Source of the DNA: Rhodobacter capsulatus SB 1003
GTDB taxonomy: Bacteria; Pseudomonadota; Alphaproteobacteria; Rhodobacterales; Rhodobacteraceae
Length of the DNA stretch: 32,000 nucleotides
Direction of reading: 5' to 3'
Assembly: GCF_000021865.1 (NCBI RefSeq)
Contig: NC_014034.1
Span: 2,670,001 to 2,702,000 of the forward strand
The notes beneath the pieces were generated by a model. It had not been told where the DNA came from and did no database searches. It saw only the letters and a list, made by a program, of their open reading frames with translations. The position numbers and the translations under genes are program-made. Positions 7,837 to 19,605 of the stretch are shown here, one piece after another (the first letter of the stretch is position 1; every line of letters begins with the position of its first letter).

Positions 7837-8871
7837 ATGACCGACACGTTCCCGCTCGCCGAGCTCGGCTGGGCGTCCGATTTCCTGCGTCAACTCACGC
7901 TTGACGAACTTGCCACCCTCACCCCCTGCCGCATCAGCGCGGTGCATCGCAGCCGGATCGAGGCGCTGTGCCCGACCGGGCCGCTCTCGCTTCTCCCGCC
8001 CGCGGGGCTCTCCACCGCCGAAATCGCCGTCGGCGATTGGGGCTTGTGTGACGGGACCCGGCTTTTGCGCCTGCTCGCGCGGCGCAGCACGCTGGCCCGC
8101 CGCGCCGCGGGCACCGGGGCGGACCGGCAGCTGATCGCCGCCAATGTCGACACGCTCTTCATCGTCACCTCCTGCAACGCCGATTTCAACCCGGCCCGGA
8201 TCGAGCGCTATCTGGCGCTCGCCCGCGCCGCCGGGGTTGCCCCGGTGCTGGTGCTGACCAAGGCCGACATCGCCCCCGACCCCGCGGCCTGGCAGGACCG
8301 CGCCGCAATGATCGACCGCCGCGTGCCGGTCGTGGCGCTGGACGCCCGCGCCCCGGGGGATCGGCTGGCGGACTGGTGCCGACCGGGGCAGACGGTGGCG
8401 CTGCTCGGCTCTTCGGGGGTCGGAAAGACCACGCTTGCCAATGCCTTGACCGGCGCGGATCAGGCCACGGCGGCGATCCGCGAAGACGATGCGAAGGGCC
8501 GCCACACCACCACCGGGCGGCATCTGCACCGGCTCGTGCAGGGCGGCTGGCTGATCGACACGCCCGGCATGCGGGAATTGCGGCTCAGCGATGCCGGGGC
8601 GGGGATCGCCGCGACCTTCGACGATCTCGACACGCTGGCGGGGGCATGCCGCTTTGCCGATTGCCGCCATCAGACCGAGCCCGGCTGCGCGGTGCAGGCG
8701 GCGATCGCCGCGGGGACGGTCGATCCGGCGCGGCTGGGGCGCTGGCAAAAGCTGCGCCGCGAGGACCGGATCAATTCCGAAACCCTGGCCGAGGCCCATG
8801 CCCGCGACCGCGCCTTCGGCAAGATGACCCGGGCGGCGCTGCGCGACAAATCCCGGCTGCGCGGCGACTGA
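7837..8871 (+). CDS. rsgA: Ribosome small-subunit-dependent GTPase A
   Basis: Circularly permuted GTPase: TKADI, then P-loop LLGSSGVGKTTLANAL, then DTPGMRE. C-terminal zinc motif CRFADCRHQTEPGCAV. Start set to ATG 7837 (MTDTFPLAELGW...). The ATG at 7708 has its SD only 1 nt away, and the extension has no homologous look. Confidence 0.88.
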   Translation: MTDTFPLAELGWASDFLRQLTLDELATLTPCRISAVHRSRIEALCPTGPLSLLPPAGLSTAEIAVGDWGLCDGTRLLRLLARRSTLARRAAGTGADRQLIAANVDTLFIVTSCNADFNPARIERYLALARAAGVAPVLVLTKADIAPDPAAWQDRAAMIDRRVPVVALDARAPGDRLADWCRPGQTVALLGSSGVGKTTLANALTGADQATAAIREDDAKGRHTTTGRHLHRLVQGGWLIDTPGMRELRLSDAGAGIAATFDDLDTLAGACRFADCRHQTEPGCAVQAAIAAGTVDPARLGRWQKLRREDRINSETLAEAHARDRAFGKMTRAALRDKSRLRGD

Positions 8872-8957
8872 CGCCGGTTCGGGGGCCGGTGGGGGCATCG
8901 CCCCACCGCGCCCGACGCGCGGCGGGCTTGCCCGCCCAAGGAGGGCGCCCCCGGATC

Positions 8958-10180
8958 TCAGCGCAACGTGCCGCCCGCCGTCTCGACAAAGCGGATCAGC
9001 CGCGGCAGGCACCGGCTTTCCAGATCATATTTCGCCACCACCGAGGCCCGCGCCGCCCGGCGCATCTCCAGGTAAGCCTCGGGCCGCGCCAGCGCATCGG
9101 TCAGCGCCGCCGACCAGCCCTTGATGTCGAAGAAATCGACCAGCCGCCCGTTCACCCCGTCCTCGATCACCTCGCGCAACGGCGCCGTGTCCGACCCCAC
9201 CACCATCGCCCCCGCCGACATCGCCTCCATCAAGGACCAGCTGAGCACGAAGGGATAGGTCAGATAGGCATGCACCCGGCCGATCTGCATGATCGCGATG
9301 AAATCCTGATACGGAACCCGGCCCAGAAAATGCACCCGGCGCAGATCCAGCCGATCCTTCACCTCGTCCAGAAACTTCTGCTTCCACGAGCCCTCGGGCG
9401 GGGCGGCGCCATAGCTTTGCCCCTCTTCGCCGATGATCAGCACCTGCGCCGCGGGCCGCGCCGCCAGCACCTCGGGCAGCGCCCGCATGAAAGTGTGATA
9501 GCCGCGGTAAGGTTCAAGCGAGCGGTTGATGAAGGTCACCACCTCGTCGCCCGCGCAAAGCGTCAAGCCGGTGCCCGGCACGGTGTAACGCGCCGCGGGG
9601 TTCGGCACCAGCCGCGCCGTGTTCACCCCGTCATGACAGATGGTGATCTTGGCGCGCAATTCGGGCGGAAAGGTCGAGGCCTGAAATTCCGTGGGCGAGA
9701 GCGCGGCATCGGCCTGAACGATCGACTGGATCAGATGCGCCGAGCGCGCCGTGGTCGAAATCCGGCTTTCCAGCCCGGGCTTGGCAAATTCCGGGTCGAA
9801 ATCGGTATCAAGCCCGGTGGTCTTGTACATCAGCTCGGCATAGACGAGCAGTTTCGCCTCGGGCCAGACTTCGCGCAGGAACAGGGTCTCGCCCCAGCCC
9901 GGATGGCCAAAGATCACATCGGGCACATAATCGTGTTGGCTGCGCAGCTGCCGCGCCGCAAAGGCCGCGCGCAGGCCCCGCTCGCTGACCTCGGCATACA
10001 TTTTCGTCAGCCGCGGCTCCAGCGTCACCTCGGCGGGCTTGCGGTATTTCACCACCTTCACCGGCGCGGGGCGGTTGTTGGTTTCGGTCGTCAGCGCCAG
10101 AATGTCGTGGCCGCGCGCGGCCAGCGCCGGGGCAAGATGCGGAAACTGGCCGGGGAAATTCTGATGGACGAACAGGATCT

Positions 10181-10184
<4 letters not shown>
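8958..10184 (-). CDS. Glycosyltransferase family 4 (GT-B, group 1) protein
   Basis: 408 aa. MKILFVHQNFPGQFPHLAPALAARGH start. C-terminal E-x7-E-like block LSWSLMEAMSAGAMVVGSDTAPLREVIEDGVNG. Its ATG overlaps the yejF stop (ATGA at 10181..10184). Confidence 0.8.
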
Positions 10185-11769
<1,585 letters not shown>

Positions 11770-11773
<4 letters not shown>

Positions 11774-12879
11774 TTGAACACCTTGCGCGGGTCAAAGGCA
11801 TCGCGCAGGCCCTCGAACACGAAGACGAGCAGCGACAGCATGGTGGCGAAGGTGACGAAGGCGGTAAAGGCCAGCCAGGGCGCCTGCAGATGCTGTTTCG
11901 CCTGCAGCGCCAGTTCCCCAAGCGAGGGCGCCGAGGAGGGCAGCCCGTAGCCGAGGTAATCAAGCGTCGCCAGCCCCGAGATCGCCCCGGTGATGACGAA
12001 AGGCAGCATGGTGATGGTGGCGACCATCGCATTGGGCAGGATGTGGCGGACCATGATCACGCGGTCGGAAACCCCAAGCGCACGGGCGGCGCGGACATAT
12101 TCGAAATTGCGCGCGCGCAGGAACTCGGCCCGCACCACGCCGGTCAGCGCGGGCCAGCCAAAGAGGATCGTGACCCCCACAAGCAGCCAGAAGCTGCGCC
12201 CCAGAATCGCGAACAGGATGATGATGACGTAAAGCGACGGGGTGGAGGACCAGATTTCCAGAAGCCGCTGGAAGATCAGATCGACCTTGCCGCCGAAATA
12301 GCCCTGCACCGCCCCGGCGGCGATGCCAAGGACGGAGGAGACCGAGGCGACGATCAGTGCAAAGGCGACCGAAATGCGGAACCCATAGATCACCCGGGCC
12401 GCCACATCGCGCGCGGTGTCGTCGGTGCCCAGCCAGTGGTCGCGATCGGGGGCCGAGGGCGCGGTGCCGACATCGTTGATCGTGCGGTAGTGATAGGGGA
12501 TCACCGGCCAGATCATCCAGCCCTTTTCAACGGCTTCGCCGCCGACGGTACCACGGGTCTCGGCCTCTTTCCGGGTCTCCTCGGGGGTATCCCAGCATTC
12601 TTGCCGCCCGCCGGTGACGATCAGGCATTGCACGGCGGGATCGGTGTAGATCGCCTCGGTGCGGAAATCGCCGCCAAAGGCGGTTTCGGGGTAGAACTGA
12701 TAGACCGGAAAGAAGAATTCGCCGCGATAGCGCACCACGATCGGGTGATCATTGGCGATCAGCTCGGCGAAAAGCGACAGGAGGAACAGCGTCGCAAAGA
12801 CGATCAGCGACCAGAAGGCGCGGCGGTTGGCGCGAAAGTTGCGCCAGCGGCGCTGGGCCAGGGGGGACAGGGGCATCAA
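11770..12879 (-). CDS. yejE: ABC transporter permease (YejE-type)
   Basis: 369 aa polytopic protein in the oligopeptide-permease style. 4-nt overlaps with both neighbours. Confidence 0.85.
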
Positions 12880-14027
12880 CCGGCCCTCCGCTCGAAGTCG
12901 ATGCGCGGATCGACAAGGGTATAGGTGATGTCAGAGAGGATCCCGATCACCAGCGAAATCAGCCCGAAGGCGTAAAGCGATCCGAAAACAACGGGATAGT
13001 CGCGCTCGACCGCGGCCTGATAGCCCAGCAGGCCCAGCCCGTCGAGCGAGAACATCGTCTCGATGATCAGCGAGCCGGAAAAGAGCACCGACAGGAACAG
13101 GCCCGGAAACCCGGCGATGACGATCAGCATGGCGTTGCGAAAGACATGGCCGTAAAGCACGCGAGATTCCGTCAGCCCCTTGGCGCGGGCGGTCATCACA
13201 TATTGCTTGTTGATCTCGTCCAGAAAGGAATTCTTCGTCAACAGCGTCAGCGTGACGAAGCTTGACAGCGTGATCGCGATGGTGGGCAGGCAGATGTGCC
13301 AGAGGTAATCGAGCACCTTGCCGCCCAGCGACAGCGTCTCGAAATCATCGGACGTCAGCCCGCGCAGCGGGAAGATCTTCCAGTAGCTGCCGCCCGCGAA
13401 AAGCACCATCAAAAGCACGGAAAACACAAGCGTCGGAATGGCATAGGCAACGATGATCGCCGCCGAGGTCCAGGTGTCGAAGCTGGTGCCGTCCTTCACC
13501 GCCTTGCGGATGCCCAAGGGGATCGAGATCAGATAGGCCAGCAGCGTCGACCAGAGCCCCAGCGAGATCGAGACGGGCAGTTTCTCGATCACCAGATCGA
13601 CCACCGACTTGTTCTTGAAGAAACTCTCGCCGAAATCGAAGACCAGATAATCGCCGATCATCTTGAAAAAGCGTTCATGCGCCGGGATCTTTTCGCGCGT
13701 GCAGGCTGGGTCCTTCAGGTTCGGCGTGCCGGTGAAGCCCGGGGCGCAGGTGATGCGCGAAAAGCCCATCTGCACCTCGAGCTGCGCCAGCAGATCGGGG
13801 GAAATCCCCCGCGCGCCCTGATAGCCCATGTCCTCGGCCGATTGGCCCTGCCCGGCATCGGCGCCGCCGGTCAGGTTGCGCGTCGCATCGGACTCGCCCT
13901 GCACCCGGGCGATGATGCTTTCGATCGGCCCCCCGGGCACGAATTGCGTCAGCGCGAAATTGATCAGCATGATGCCGAAAAGCGTCGGCAAAACCAGCAT
14001 CAACCGCCGCAGGATATAGGCGCCCAT
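12876..14027 (-). CDS. yejB: ABC transporter permease (YejB-type)
   Basis: Start moved to ATG 14027 (MGAYILRRLMLVLPTLFG...), matching the MGAYLIRRL N-terminus I recall for E. coli YejB, with AAGGGAA 5 nt upstream. The track start is GTG 14045. Confidence 0.87.
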   Translation of the reverse strand: MGAYILRRLMLVLPTLFGIMLINFALTQFVPGGPIESIIARVQGESDATRNLTGGADAGQGQSAEDMGYQGARGISPDLLAQLEVQMGFSRITCAPGFTGTPNLKDPACTREKIPAHERFFKMIGDYLVFDFGESFFKNKSVVDLVIEKLPVSISLGLWSTLLAYLISIPLGIRKAVKDGTSFDTWTSAAIIVAYAIPTLVFSVLLMVLFAGGSYWKIFPLRGLTSDDFETLSLGGKVLDYLWHICLPTIAITLSSFVTLTLLTKNSFLDEINKQYVMTARAKGLTESRVLYGHVFRNAMLIVIAGFPGLFLSVLFSGSLIIETMFSLDGLGLLGYQAAVERDYPVVFGSLYAFGLISLVIGILSDITYTLVDPRIDFERRAG

Positions 14028-14074
14028 CGTTCCCTTGCCTTGCACTTTTGCAACATTCTGGCGGGCCTGAAGGC

Positions 14075-15967
14075 TTAAAGCGCCCCTGCCGCTTTCAGTT
14101 TTGCAGCCTTGTCGGCGTTATACCACCAGAAGTCCAGCTCTCCCAGAGAATAGGGCGGCAGGGTTTCGGGGTGCTCGTAGATGTCGTAATAGGCGACGGT
14201 GTGGCTGTCCTTGAACCATTGCGGCACCCAGAAATACATCGCCCGCAGCGCCCGATCCAGCGCATGGACCCGGGGGATCATCTCTTCCTTCGTCGCCGCC
14301 TCCTCGACCTTGCGGATCAGCGCGTCGATGGCCGGATTGGCGATGCCCGCCAGGTTGAAGGCATCCGCGGTCGCGGCCGAGCCGAAATACTGCTGCAGAT
14401 CGGCGCCGGGCAGCAGCTCCTGGCCGAAATGGCCGGTGATCAGGTCGAAATCATGCCGCGCCTTGCGTTCCTGATGCTGCGCATCATCGACGCGCAGATG
14501 CACCGCATCCACCCCCAGCGCGCGCAGGTTTTCCACGAAAGGATTGATCACCCGGTCAAAGGTCTGGCTGTCGTTGATGAATTCGACATGCAGAAGCTCG
14601 CCCTTCGGATTGCGCCGCATCCCGTCCGCGCCCACGACCCAGCCCGCCGCATCCAGCAGCGCCGCCGCCTTGCGCATGTTGCCCCGGTCCAGCTGGCGCT
14701 CGCCCGACACCGGCGCCATCACCGCCGGATCGGTCAGAACGCCCTCGGGCAGGTCCTTGGCCAAGGGGGTCAGCAGCGCCAGTTCCTCGGCCGAGGGCAT
14801 TCCCGTCGCCGCCAGATCCGAGTTTTCCCAAGGCGAATTGATCCGCGCATAAAGCCCGTAAAACAGCGTCTCGTTCGACCAGTCGAAGTTGAACATCAGC
14901 CCCAGCGCCTGGCGCACGCGGATATCCTGAAACTTTTCGCGCCGCAGGTTGATCGCCCAGCCCTGCCCGTTCGCCACGCTGCCATCATGCAGCTGCGCCT
15001 TGACCACCGTGCCCGCCTGCACCGCGGGAAAGTCATATTGCGTCGCCCAGATGATCGAGCTGGCCTCGTTGCGGAACGTGTAGCTGCCCGCCTTGAACCC
15101 CTCGAAGGCGGATTGGTAATCGCCGTAATATTCGACGCGGATGCGGTCGAAATTGGCGCGCCCGACATTGATCGGCAGCTTTTCCCCCCAATAGGCGGGG
15201 TTGCGCTTCCAGACCACGGTCTGGCCCATCTTGAAACTGTCAAGCATGTAGGGCCCCGAGCCGATCAGCGCCACCGGCACCGGCTTGGCGAGATCGATCT
15301 TGTCGCGGGTAAATTGCGCCCGGGAAAAGACCGGGAAGCCGCCCGCCGACTGGATGATGTCGCGCTTCGGGTAATCGGGCTTGAAAGTGAATTTGATCCG
15401 GCGCGCGTCCAGCACCTCGACCGCGGCGATCTGCTGCGCGACGACGGCGCGGAAGCTCGACAAGCCCTTGTCGCGCATGGTTTCATAGGAAAACAGCACA
15501 TCCTCGATCGTTAGCGGCGTGCCGTCGGAAAAGGTGATGCCGGGGCGCAGGGTGAAGATCACCCAATCGCGCGAGGGCGGATATTCGAAGCTTTCGCAGA
15601 GCAGGCAATAGGCCTCGCCCACCGTATCCGCGGTGCCGGTCAGCATGCTTTCCTGCGGCGCGCTGGACAAGGGCGCCGCCCGCCCCTCGATCGTGTAGGG
15701 GTTGAAGTTGTCAAAGCCGTAGGCAGTCCATTCGGAGATCTCTCCGCCCTTCGGCGCATCCGGGTTCACATAGTCCAGATGCTTGAAATCGGGCGGATAT
15801 TTCACCGTGCCCAGAGTGGCGATGGCGGAAGCGGTGATGGTTTCCCCGGCGCGCAGCGGACCGGCAAGGCCCGCGGCCAGACCAAGCGCCAGAAGCCCGC
15901 CCCCCAGCGCCCGGAGCATCTGAGCCCGCTGATCCCGCACCGCCACCCGAACTGCCGCTTTCGCCAT
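14075..15967 (-). CDS. yejA: Periplasmic solute-binding protein, family 5 (YejA-type)
   Basis: 630 aa with a signal-like N-terminus LLALGLAAGLAGPLRAG. Family-5 SBP features (PDAPKGGE, GSGPYML). GGAGG 5 nt upstream of ATG 15967. First gene of the yejABEF-type operon. Confidence 0.88.
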   Translation of the reverse strand: MAKAAVRVAVRDQRAQMLRALGGGLLALGLAAGLAGPLRAGETITASAIATLGTVKYPPDFKHLDYVNPDAPKGGEISEWTAYGFDNFNPYTIEGRAAPLSSAPQESMLTGTADTVGEAYCLLCESFEYPPSRDWVIFTLRPGITFSDGTPLTIEDVLFSYETMRDKGLSSFRAVVAQQIAAVEVLDARRIKFTFKPDYPKRDIIQSAGGFPVFSRAQFTRDKIDLAKPVPVALIGSGPYMLDSFKMGQTVVWKRNPAYWGEKLPINVGRANFDRIRVEYYGDYQSAFEGFKAGSYTFRNEASSIIWATQYDFPAVQAGTVVKAQLHDGSVANGQGWAINLRREKFQDIRVRQALGLMFNFDWSNETLFYGLYARINSPWENSDLAATGMPSAEELALLTPLAKDLPEGVLTDPAVMAPVSGERQLDRGNMRKAAALLDAAGWVVGADGMRRNPKGELLHVEFINDSQTFDRVINPFVENLRALGVDAVHLRVDDAQHQERKARHDFDLITGHFGQELLPGADLQQYFGSAATADAFNLAGIANPAIDALIRKVEEAATKEEMIPRVHALDRALRAMYFWVPQWFKDSHTVAYYDIYEHPETLPPYSLGELDFWWYNADKAAKLKAAGAL

Positions 15968-16033
15968 GTCATCCTCCCTTTTGCCCCACTAAAGGGCGAA
16001 GCCCGCGCCGGGGCAAGTTGCAAAGATGTGAGG

Positions 16034-16068
16034 GCAAAAGGAAAGGGCCGCGCCTTGCGGCACGGCCC
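16034..16068 (-). terminator. Rho-independent terminator of cycY
   Basis: On the minus strand: GGGCCGTGCC-GCAA-GGCGCGGCCC followed by TTTCCTTTTGC. Confidence 0.75.
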
Positions 16069-16089
16069 CGGGCATTTCTGCAGCTGCGC

Positions 16090-16689
16090 TCAGCGCGGCA
16101 GCGTGTTCAGATAGGCGATCACGTTGGCACGGTCGGCAGCTTCGGGCAGACCGACGAAGGACATCTTGGTGCCGGGCACTTCGGCTTTCGGGCTGACCAG
16201 ATAGATGTCGAGACGCTCGGGCGTCCAGTTGCCGACATGGTTCTTCATCGCGGTCGAATATTTGAAGCCTTCGACGGTGGCGGTGGCGCGGCCGATCACC
16301 CCGTTCAGATGCGGGCCGACGGCGTTCTTGCCATCGATCTTGTGGCAGGCCTTGCAGGTCTTGTTGAACTTTTCCTCGCCGGCTTTCGCGTCGCCGGTGA
16401 TGGTGGCCGGGTCCACTTCGACATAGGCGGGCGGCGGCGGCGCGGCGGGCTCGGCCGGGGCAGCGGCTTCGGCCGTCTCGGCGGCGGGCGCGGCAGCGGC
16501 GGGCGCCTTGGCGGGCATGGCGGCCTCGTCGACCGACGGCAGCAGGGCTTTCCCGTCCGCACCGACCGCAACGGCGGTGGCCGGCCGCGTCGCAAAGAGC
16601 GAGTTGGAAAGCATGTAGATGAACCCGTAGAACAGAGCCACGGCGAACAGCGTGACCCCAATCTTCGTGATGTGCGTCTTGACGAGCAT
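16090..16689 (-). CDS. cycY: Membrane-anchored cytochrome c_y
   Basis: 199 aa from ATG 16689 (GGGGGAG SD). N-terminal uncleaved TM anchor [21 protein letters not shown]. Ala/Pro-rich linker ([28 protein letters not shown]). C-terminal class I cytochrome c domain with CKACH and Met ligand region GTKMSF. This architecture is diagnostic of Rhodobacter cyt c_y. Confidence 0.9.
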
Positions 16690-16889
16690 GGCTCCCCCGG
16701 CGGTTGGCATGTGCGGTTGGCGCATCTACGCGCTTCGCCTTGCACATTTCAAGGTTCATTCGCGCGGCAAAACGCGTTTGGGGCGCGATAAAAAGGCGCG
16801 GATCAGGGGCTTGACGGCAGATCGGCGCTTTTCTTGGCCCGGTCTTTGCGACATCAAGGGGGCGGATCGACTGTCAGGGGAATGCAAGC

Positions 16890-17729
16890 ATGGCGGGAAA
16901 TGGCGTGATCGCCTTTCAGGGCGAATTGGGGGCCTATTCGCACGAGGCCGCGAACCGGGCGCGGCCGGGGATGACGCCCCTGCCCTGCGCCACCTTCGAA
17001 GAGGTGATCGACGCCGTGCGCGAGGGCCGGGCCGAGCTGGCGATGCTGCCGGTCGAAAACTCGACCTATGGCCGGGTCGCCGACATCCACCGGCTGCTTC
17101 CGGAATCGGGGCTGCATATCCTCGACGAGCATTTCCTGCGCGTGCGCATCGCGCTGATGAGCCTGCCGGGCACGAAGCTGGAAGAGATCCGGCATGTGCG
17201 GGCGCATCTGGTGCTGTTGCCGCAATCGGCGCGGTTTTTGCGCACCCATGGCATCGCGGGCCATGCCGCCGCCGACAGCGCGGGCGCGGCGGCCGAACTT
17301 GCGCGCACGAAAACCCCGGGCGAGGGGGTTCTGGCCTCGGAACTGGCCGCCTCGATCTACGGGCTCGAAGTGCTCGCCCGCGACATCGAGGATCACGGCC
17401 ACAACACCACCCGCTTTCTGGTCATGGGCCGCGCGCCCGACGAGCGCCGCCGCGGCGACCGGATGATGACCACCTTCGTCTTTGAAGTGCGCAACATCCC
17501 GGCCGCGCTTTACAAGGCGATGGGCGGTTTCGCGACGAATGGGGTGAACATGACGAAGCTGGAAAGCTACATGCTTGACGGCTCCTTCACCGCGACGCAG
17601 TTCTATGCCGATATCGAGGGCCATCCCGAGGATGAAAACGTCCGCCTCGCGCTCGACGAGCTGCGCTATTTCACCTCCTATCTGCACATCCTGGGCACCT
17701 ATCCGGCCGATCCGCGCCGTCACGAATGA
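16890..17729 (+). CDS. pheA: Prephenate dehydratase
   Basis: 279 aa. IAFQGELGAYSHEA. LPVENSTYGRV. NTTRFLVMG. C-terminal ACT-like region with ESYMLDG. Confidence 0.92.
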   Translation: MAGNGVIAFQGELGAYSHEAANRARPGMTPLPCATFEEVIDAVREGRAELAMLPVENSTYGRVADIHRLLPESGLHILDEHFLRVRIALMSLPGTKLEEIRHVRAHLVLLPQSARFLRTHGIAGHAAADSAGAAAELARTKTPGEGVLASELAASIYGLEVLARDIEDHGHNTTRFLVMGRAPDERRRGDRMMTTFVFEVRNIPAALYKAMGGFATNGVNMTKLESYMLDGSFTATQFYADIEGHPEDENVRLALDELRYFTSYLHILGTYPADPRRHE

Positions 17730-17733
17730 AGAA

Positions 17734-17865
17734 GGGGGGCCTTGCCCCCCGTCCTTCGGACGCCCCCGAGCGTATTTGACCCAAGAAAAAACATCGCGTT
17801 TCCTTGGCAAAATACGCCGCGGGGGTGAATTGGCCGCAGGCCAAGAGGGGGGCGCGCAGCCCCCC
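17734..17865. terminator. Cluster of GC-rich stem-loops between convergent pheA and the SRPBCC gene (probable bidirectional terminators)
   Basis: GGGGGGC-CTT-GCCCCCC (17734..17750). GTCC-TTCG-GGAC (17751..17762). Long imperfect inverted repeat CCCCCGAGCGTATTTGACCCAAG / CTTGGCAAAATACGCCGCGGGGG (17763..17825). GGGGGGC-GCGCA-GCCCCCC (17847..17865). Confidence 0.45.
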
Positions 17866-17878
17866 TGCCCCGGCCCGA

Positions 17879-18337
17879 TCAGGCGGCGCGGCTTTCCAGA
17901 TCGCGCAGGAAGCTCTTGATCCGTTCGTCATAGCGGCGGTCAAGATTGGCCCGGCCGAGCCGCGCCGATTGCAGCAAAAGCCGCCCGCCCAGCGTGCGCG
18001 GCTTGATTTCAAGCAGCGTCGCCATCCGGCTGCGGCGCGGCGCAAGCGCGGTGAATTCCAGAACCAGCGTCAGCTCGAACCCCGAAGAGGTGCCGCAATA
18101 GTCGATCCGCGCCGGGGCTTCGTAGCGGGCGACGTCGACGATCATCTGCCGCGGCTTGCCGCGCAGCCGGAAGCCCACGTCCCAGGACATGCCCGCGCCC
18201 TTTTCCGGCAGCGAATCGAGCCGGTGCATCACCACGCCCTTTTTCATCGCCGCGCGTTCCAGCGCGGGAATGTCGGTGAGCTGTTCAAAAAGCTGGTCGG
18301 CGGGCAGGGCCACGTCGACGCGGTTGCTGAATTTCAT
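17879..18337 (-). CDS. SRPBCC-superfamily (polyketide cyclase/START-like) protein
   Basis: Start set to ATG 18337 (MKFSNRVDVALPADQLFEQLTD...) with GGAGG upstream. The N-terminal pattern and size (about 152 aa) are typical of SRPBCC ligand-binding proteins. Confidence 0.65.
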   Translation of the reverse strand: MKFSNRVDVALPADQLFEQLTDIPALERAAMKKGVVMHRLDSLPEKGAGMSWDVGFRLRGKPRQMIVDVARYEAPARIDYCGTSSGFELTLVLEFTALAPRRSRMATLLEIKPRTLGGRLLLQSARLGRANLDRRYDERIKSFLRDLESRAA

Positions 18338-18401
18338 GCCTGCCTCCGATGAGGTGACCGTCTCGGCCACCCGATTCCCTTGCCCAAAGCCCCCGCGGCT
18401 G

Positions 18402-19334
18402 TCAATCGGCCGGGCGCGCAAGCCAATCGCGCAGCATCCAGCGGGCCACAGTGCCGGGCCGCGGCGGCCGGATGTCGGGATCGCGGCCCGCCAGAACCGC
18501 GGCCAACCGGCTTCGGCCCACCCAAAGCGCCGCCTCGAGTTCCGTCGGATCCAGCGTGATCGCCCCCGGCTCGGCCGCGCCCGCGCAGCCCAGCATCAGC
18601 GAGGCCGGAAACGGCCAGGGTTGCGCCGCCAGAAACCGCACCGCGCCGACGCGGATCCCGGTTTCCTCGAAGACCTCGCGCCGGACCGCCGCCGCCGGGG
18701 TCTCGCCCGGTTCCATGAAGCCCGCCGGACAGGAATGCAGCCCCTCGGGCCAGCCCGGGCTGCGGGCCAGAAGCACCTGATCGTCGCGGATGATCCGCAT
18801 GATCACCACCGGATCGGTGCGCGGGAACTGCACCCGGCCGCAGCCCGGGCAATCGCGTTGCCACCCGGCATGGGTGATCCGCGTCGCGCCGCCGCAGGCC
18901 GGGCAGAAGCCGTGGAACCGGTGCCAGACGAAAAGTCCGCGCGCGGTCGCCGCCAATTCGGAGGCGCGCGGGCAGAGCCGCGGCAGCATCCAGCGCAGAT
19001 CGGCGCGTTCCGCCGCCGCGGGCGCCGCCGCCGCGGGCAGATCAAGCGCGAAGACCGGGGCGGCGCCGATCAGGCCCAGAAACAGCCGCGGCACCGCCTC
19101 CTGTCCCGCCGTCGGCACCGACCAGAGGCCAAGCCCGGTGACCGGATCGGGGGCGCTCCCCTCGGGCGCCATCAGCACATCGCCCGCGACGAAGCCGATG
19201 CAGCGCGCCGCCGGATCGGCCCAAAGCGCCGCCTGCGCCGCGGGATCGGCACGCAGCCTTGCCGCGCGGTCAAGACCGGGGCCCTCCTCGGGCCCGGTGA
19301 ACCCCAGAAATTCCTGCTCCTGCAGCGGCGTCAT
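18402..19334 (-). CDS. nudC: NAD+ diphosphatase (NADH pyrophosphatase, Nudix)
   Basis: Start set to ATG 19334 (MTPLQEQEF...). Zinc ribbon CPACGGATRITHAGWQRDCPGCG. Nudix box GFMEPGETPAAAVRREVFEETGI. NudC-specific AQPWPFPASLM. Confidence 0.88.
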   Translation of the reverse strand: MTPLQEQEFLGFTGPEEGPGLDRAARLRADPAAQAALWADPAARCIGFVAGDVLMAPEGSAPDPVTGLGLWSVPTAGQEAVPRLFLGLIGAAPVFALDLPAAAAPAAAERADLRWMLPRLCPRASELAATARGLFVWHRFHGFCPACGGATRITHAGWQRDCPGCGRVQFPRTDPVVIMRIIRDDQVLLARSPGWPEGLHSCPAGFMEPGETPAAAVRREVFEETGIRVGAVRFLAAQPWPFPASLMLGCAGAAEPGAITLDPTELEAALWVGRSRLAAVLAGRDPDIRPPRPGTVARWMLRDWLARPAD

Positions 19335-19605
19335 CGCATTGCTCCGGTTTGATCGCCCGCTTGTGGCACGGGCCGGGGCGCTTGGCCAGTCCCGGCCCCG
19401 CGCCCCGGTCAGGCGGGCCCGGGACTCACGCCTTTCTGGCCCGTTCATTGCTGCAGTGCCGCAATTTCAGGCGACGCCCCCGAAAAAGGGCTTCTTTTCG
19501 GACCAATGCCGGTTTTTGCGCCGCTTGCGCACCATTGCCCGTTCCCCTGCGCGCCGCGTCGCGGCAAGATCAGGAAAAGGAAGAAGAAAGTCCGACAGGG
19601 GACCC

